From NCBI GenBank assembly GCA_034408725.1, contig JAWXCN010000077.1, forward strand, positions 1 through 11,146: a stretch of DNA of 11,146 bases, read 5' to 3'. Position numbers and translations under genes: made by a program. Shown in pieces: positions 9,901 through 11,146 of this stretch. Source of the DNA: Candidatus Hydrogenedentota bacterium (lineage in GTDB: Bacteria; Hydrogenedentota; Hydrogenedentia; Hydrogenedentales; SLHB01). Each line of letters begins with the position of its first letter. Position 1 is the first letter of the stretch. Below the pieces are notes generated by a model, which did no database searches, was not told the DNA's origin, and saw only the letters and a list, made by a program, of their open reading frames with translations.

Positions 9901-10164
9901 ATCTTCCCGCTTGAATTCCGCGGCGTCCGTACGCTTGTTCAGCGCCCGATCAATTTCCGCTTGGGTCAGTATCCCAAGGTCCACAGGCTTGCGAGTGCGA
10001 GGCGCGATCGAATATTCGGGCGGATGCGTTAGCGAGGTCAGCCGCTTCGATTGACTCGTGGCGCGCGCGTTCAATGCCTTCAACGCGGCATCGATTTCGG
10101 CCTGGTCAAGTAGCGGCGGTAAGGATGGCGTCACATTCGATTCCGTATTTTGGTTGTCCGCCAT
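6958..10164 (-). CDS. Single-pass membrane protein: repetitive acidic N-terminal region, TM helix and large TPR region (1068 aa)
   Basis: aa 1-345 are acidic and Ala/Pro-rich with repeated xQxEIDALL-like motifs. A basic patch RRLKRGAKLPAK precedes a hydrophobic helix LVASLAASLIAGVGALVFFW (aa 359-378, nt about 9031-9090). From about aa 400 onward there are many TPR-like units (e.g. YARILGNYPATP, LQRIVQEFPDSP, FKRVLDAFPQTP). GGGGG RBS-like at 10174-10178. Confidence 0.88.
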   Translation of the reverse strand: MADNQNTESNVTPSLPPLLDQAEIDAALKALNARATSQSKRLTSLTHPPEYSIAPRTRKPVDLGILTQAEIDRALNKRTDAAEFKREDARAQSEAVDQTEIDTLLALADAEPTNFVAAEAALRRIDQVEIDTKRTSRAGTTTEPVEFPADATELQSEDELDALLLPPAAERLSETDLDAVIAASVETSTQENAAAVSLGQSELDALLAAHPMVREDAPQPLTLGRESDDVADRAAQESEIANVGRENLAAAVPNPEAADQPLGKDLIDSLLAQAAQAAATTAPPAKDAAGTARGVDVSRGETMAVELSDDDFADMGMPGRQTPALEGETPDELGEAAVEGESPVIERRLKRGAKLPAKLVASLAASLIAGVGALVFFWPGSDADVDVSPMAADASPVNLEDAIIIAKEFMGKGDYVSAMRQLGSAIRSAEHSPLLDEARFLHVESGYRSLPPIPRDLDTETVLKNIEDVVALNPAYARNPEALGWKAELYARTGSPTTARDTYARILGNYPATPNADSILLQHARLSLELNFWDEAASSLQRIVQEFPDSPHKSNAQMMLAKSYEDSGRTAEAEAAYSEVAAARADSRIGAEAALGLARIAKKAGDLPRAIQALESRLQSATTVDGNDGVYIELAKAYRAAGKPVESVRVARELLGFFPESAHVPEAVVELTRGLEATGDRGQALELAEQAAKRFDTNADVARNRALMLSSAGDTRGAAEAMVKADELGANDPVLVLDAGKIYLEFQENDKAEILFKRVLDAFPQTPQSAEASVELARIEYKRGELAPAIDRLAALANSPWAEAHGLAIQSALGDIYGDLGLTRRATAAYEKVASLSNDPELLAHAATALLNNGALGSALPVIRKLDATRLSSKSGFDLLMAQGRALLDVDAEQALTKMQQAFESYPVERTPQDFEFLVRACLDTGKTARARVLITDFDSFVQTHPEERQRLQRTAALWGDALYNSGDYRAALDAYALAAIPATAATNVAAIADAGEAEEAAPSPDMVWAKFQRANTMLKLDDYWNSVPILEELAASDSAFADDARIKAEYARLEQRLRKQVAPTAGG
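9352..10110 (-). repeat. Eight degenerate 10-aa peptide repeats, consensus (L)xQxE(I/L)DALL
   Basis: LDQAEIDAAL (aa19), LTQAEIDRAL (66), VDQTEIDTLL (96), IDQVEIDTKR (125), QSEDELDALL (155), LSETDLDAVI (172), LGQSELDALL (198), LGKDLIDSLL (262). Confidence 0.85.
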
Positions 10165-10195
10165 CCGATAATGCCCCCGATGCTTAGTCTACAAG

Positions 10196-10210
10196 GCACG
10201 AATCGTGCCA
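10196..10210 (-). promoter_or_regulatory. Sigma54 (-24/-12) promoter of the TPR/chaperone/kinase/regulator operon
   Basis: Minus strand reads TGGCACG-ATTC-GTGC against consensus TGGCACG-N4-TTGC, with exact GG-N10-GC spacing. Implied TSS near 10184, about 20 nt before the ATG at 10164. Confidence 0.8.
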
Positions 10211-10312
10211 CCAACTCAAATTATTTGCATACTATATATTGTATGCTTGCTTCATATTAGTAGGTTATGTTGAGCATGCTATCAGAATCAACGCAGAGTG
10301 GCAAGCGGATTC

Positions 10313-10388
10313 CGGCAAATTTTTCCATATTGCGGCAAAAATTGCGCACGACAGGTTTGGCAGGTGGCCCACACAGCAAAATTTGCAG
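10313..10388. promoter_or_regulatory. Three putative enhancer (UAS) boxes for a sigma54 activator, core GCAAWWWTTGC
   Basis: CGGCAAATTTTTCCA (10313-10327), CGGCAAAAATTGCGC (10333-10347) and CAGCAAAATTTGCAG (10374-10388). They lie about 130-205 bp upstream of the predicted TSS. Confidence 0.55.
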
Positions 10389-10423
10389 CCGCGAAGTGCA
10401 CATGTTTCGTATACTTTTGGTAG

Positions 10424-11146
10424 TTATTGCTGAACATATTTTGTGCCGGATAGTTCAGCTTCTATTTCAATCGCTGCGAGTATCAGACTTGCTGCATACC
10501 GTGACTGGTGAACGTCAAAGGGCAAAATCGGTTCCCGGACCCGGCTGGTTTTATAAATCCCTTGGGCTTGAAGCAACCGTTTGAAAAAATGGATCGAAAT
10601 GTCCAGGTGCTGATTCGAGAACATCAAAATTGGCGCCAACCGGTGAAACAAGGCGCACGCGCTTTCCCTGTCCCCACGAGCGTGCGCTTCAATGATGTTC
10701 ACATAGGCCCGGTGCAACCCCGTCGGCATTACCGCATGAATGCCGCGGTCCAATCCCTCGATCAACTGCGTGACCGCCCACCCACCAGACACGTGCAAGC
10801 GCCCTCCGGTCGCCTCCAGCACGCGCGAATACTTGCCGCCAGCCTGCGCCGTCTCAATCTTCAAACACCGGAATGCAGGCACCTCGTCGAACAACCGGAC
10901 GATTAAATCGAGCGGGAGGCCGTCGCCGGTAAAATCCCAGTCCTGCAACATCAGGAAGCCGGGATCGATTTCGGCGAGCGCGCAAACATCGGCGCGGTAT
11001 TGCTCGTTCGATTCAAACGGAATGCTCACCAACACGCCAGCGCAACCTAATCCGCGCATTGCTCGCGCAGTCGCAATCCTCTCAGCCTGCGCCGGCGCAG
11101 AAGCCCCACCGATCACCGGCACCCGCCCCGCAGTTTCGGCAATTAC
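10424..11146 (-). CDS. DapA/DHDPS-family (class I aldolase-like) protein, 5'-truncated by the window edge
   Basis: The frame stays open to the window end and reads VIAETAGRVPVIGGA, the classic DHDPS AGRVPVIxG motif. Also GCAGVLVSIP, Schiff-base Lys in CLKIET, and C-terminal VREPILP. Confidence 0.85.
   Translation of the reverse strand, partial: VIAETAGRVPVIGGASAPAQAERIATARAMRGLGCAGVLVSIPFESNEQYRADVCALAEIDPGFLMLQDWDFTGDGLPLDLIVRLFDEVPAFRCLKIETAQAGGKYSRVLEATGGRLHVSGGWAVTQLIEGLDRGIHAVMPTGLHRAYVNIIEAHARGDRESACALFHRLAPILMFSNQHLDISIHFFKRLLQAQGIYKTSRVREPILPFDVHQSRYAASLILAAIEIEAELSGTKYVQQ

Noticed and set aside
9352-10110. Possible DNA-level repeat array (CRISPR-like or tandem repeat)
   Set aside because: The similarity is at the peptide level, with divergent codons and irregular spacing. 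There are no identical nucleotide repeats and no cas genes.
10227-10246. LexA SOS box or intrinsic terminator reading of the TATATAT palindrome
   Set aside because: It lacks the CTGT...ACAG or GAAC...GTTC ends, and the AT-rich stem has no proper U-tract.
10239-10584. Small + strand ORFs 10239-10433 and 10267-10584
   Set aside because: They overlap the promoter/enhancer region and the DapA-like 3' end, with no clear RBS or motifs. Worth revisiting only if a plus-strand TSS is found.
10424-11146. Calling the gene dapA
   Set aside because: The canonical catalytic Tyr/Arg region is not conserved and the N-terminus lies outside the window.

Overview
GC-rich bacterial window with three units. (1) + strand: a complete paoABC/yagTSR-type periplasmic molybdo-flavo aldehyde oxidoreductase operon (Tat-signal 2Fe-2S subunit, FAD/4Fe-4S subunit, Moco subunit), with no paoD/xdhC after it. 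(2) - strand, converging on it: a tightly packed four-gene operon behind a clear sigma54 (-24/-12) promoter with three phased upstream enhancer-like boxes. It encodes a 1068-aa single-pass membrane TPR protein, a FlgN/FliT-like small helical protein, a soluble PAS histidine kinase (FleS/FlgS-like) and a sigma54 activator (FleR/FlgR/FlbD-like). (3) - strand: the 3' part of a non-canonical DapA-family (DHDPS-like) gene that runs off the window end. The most unusual feature is the predicted cytoplasmic N-terminus of the TPR protein. It carries about eight copies of a motif resembling the FliM N-terminal CheY~P/FlhG-binding peptide (LSQxEIDALL), which suggests a membrane-anchored multivalent scaffold or sink for flagellar or chemotaxis regulators. 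All calls come from reading motifs by eye; no database searches were run.
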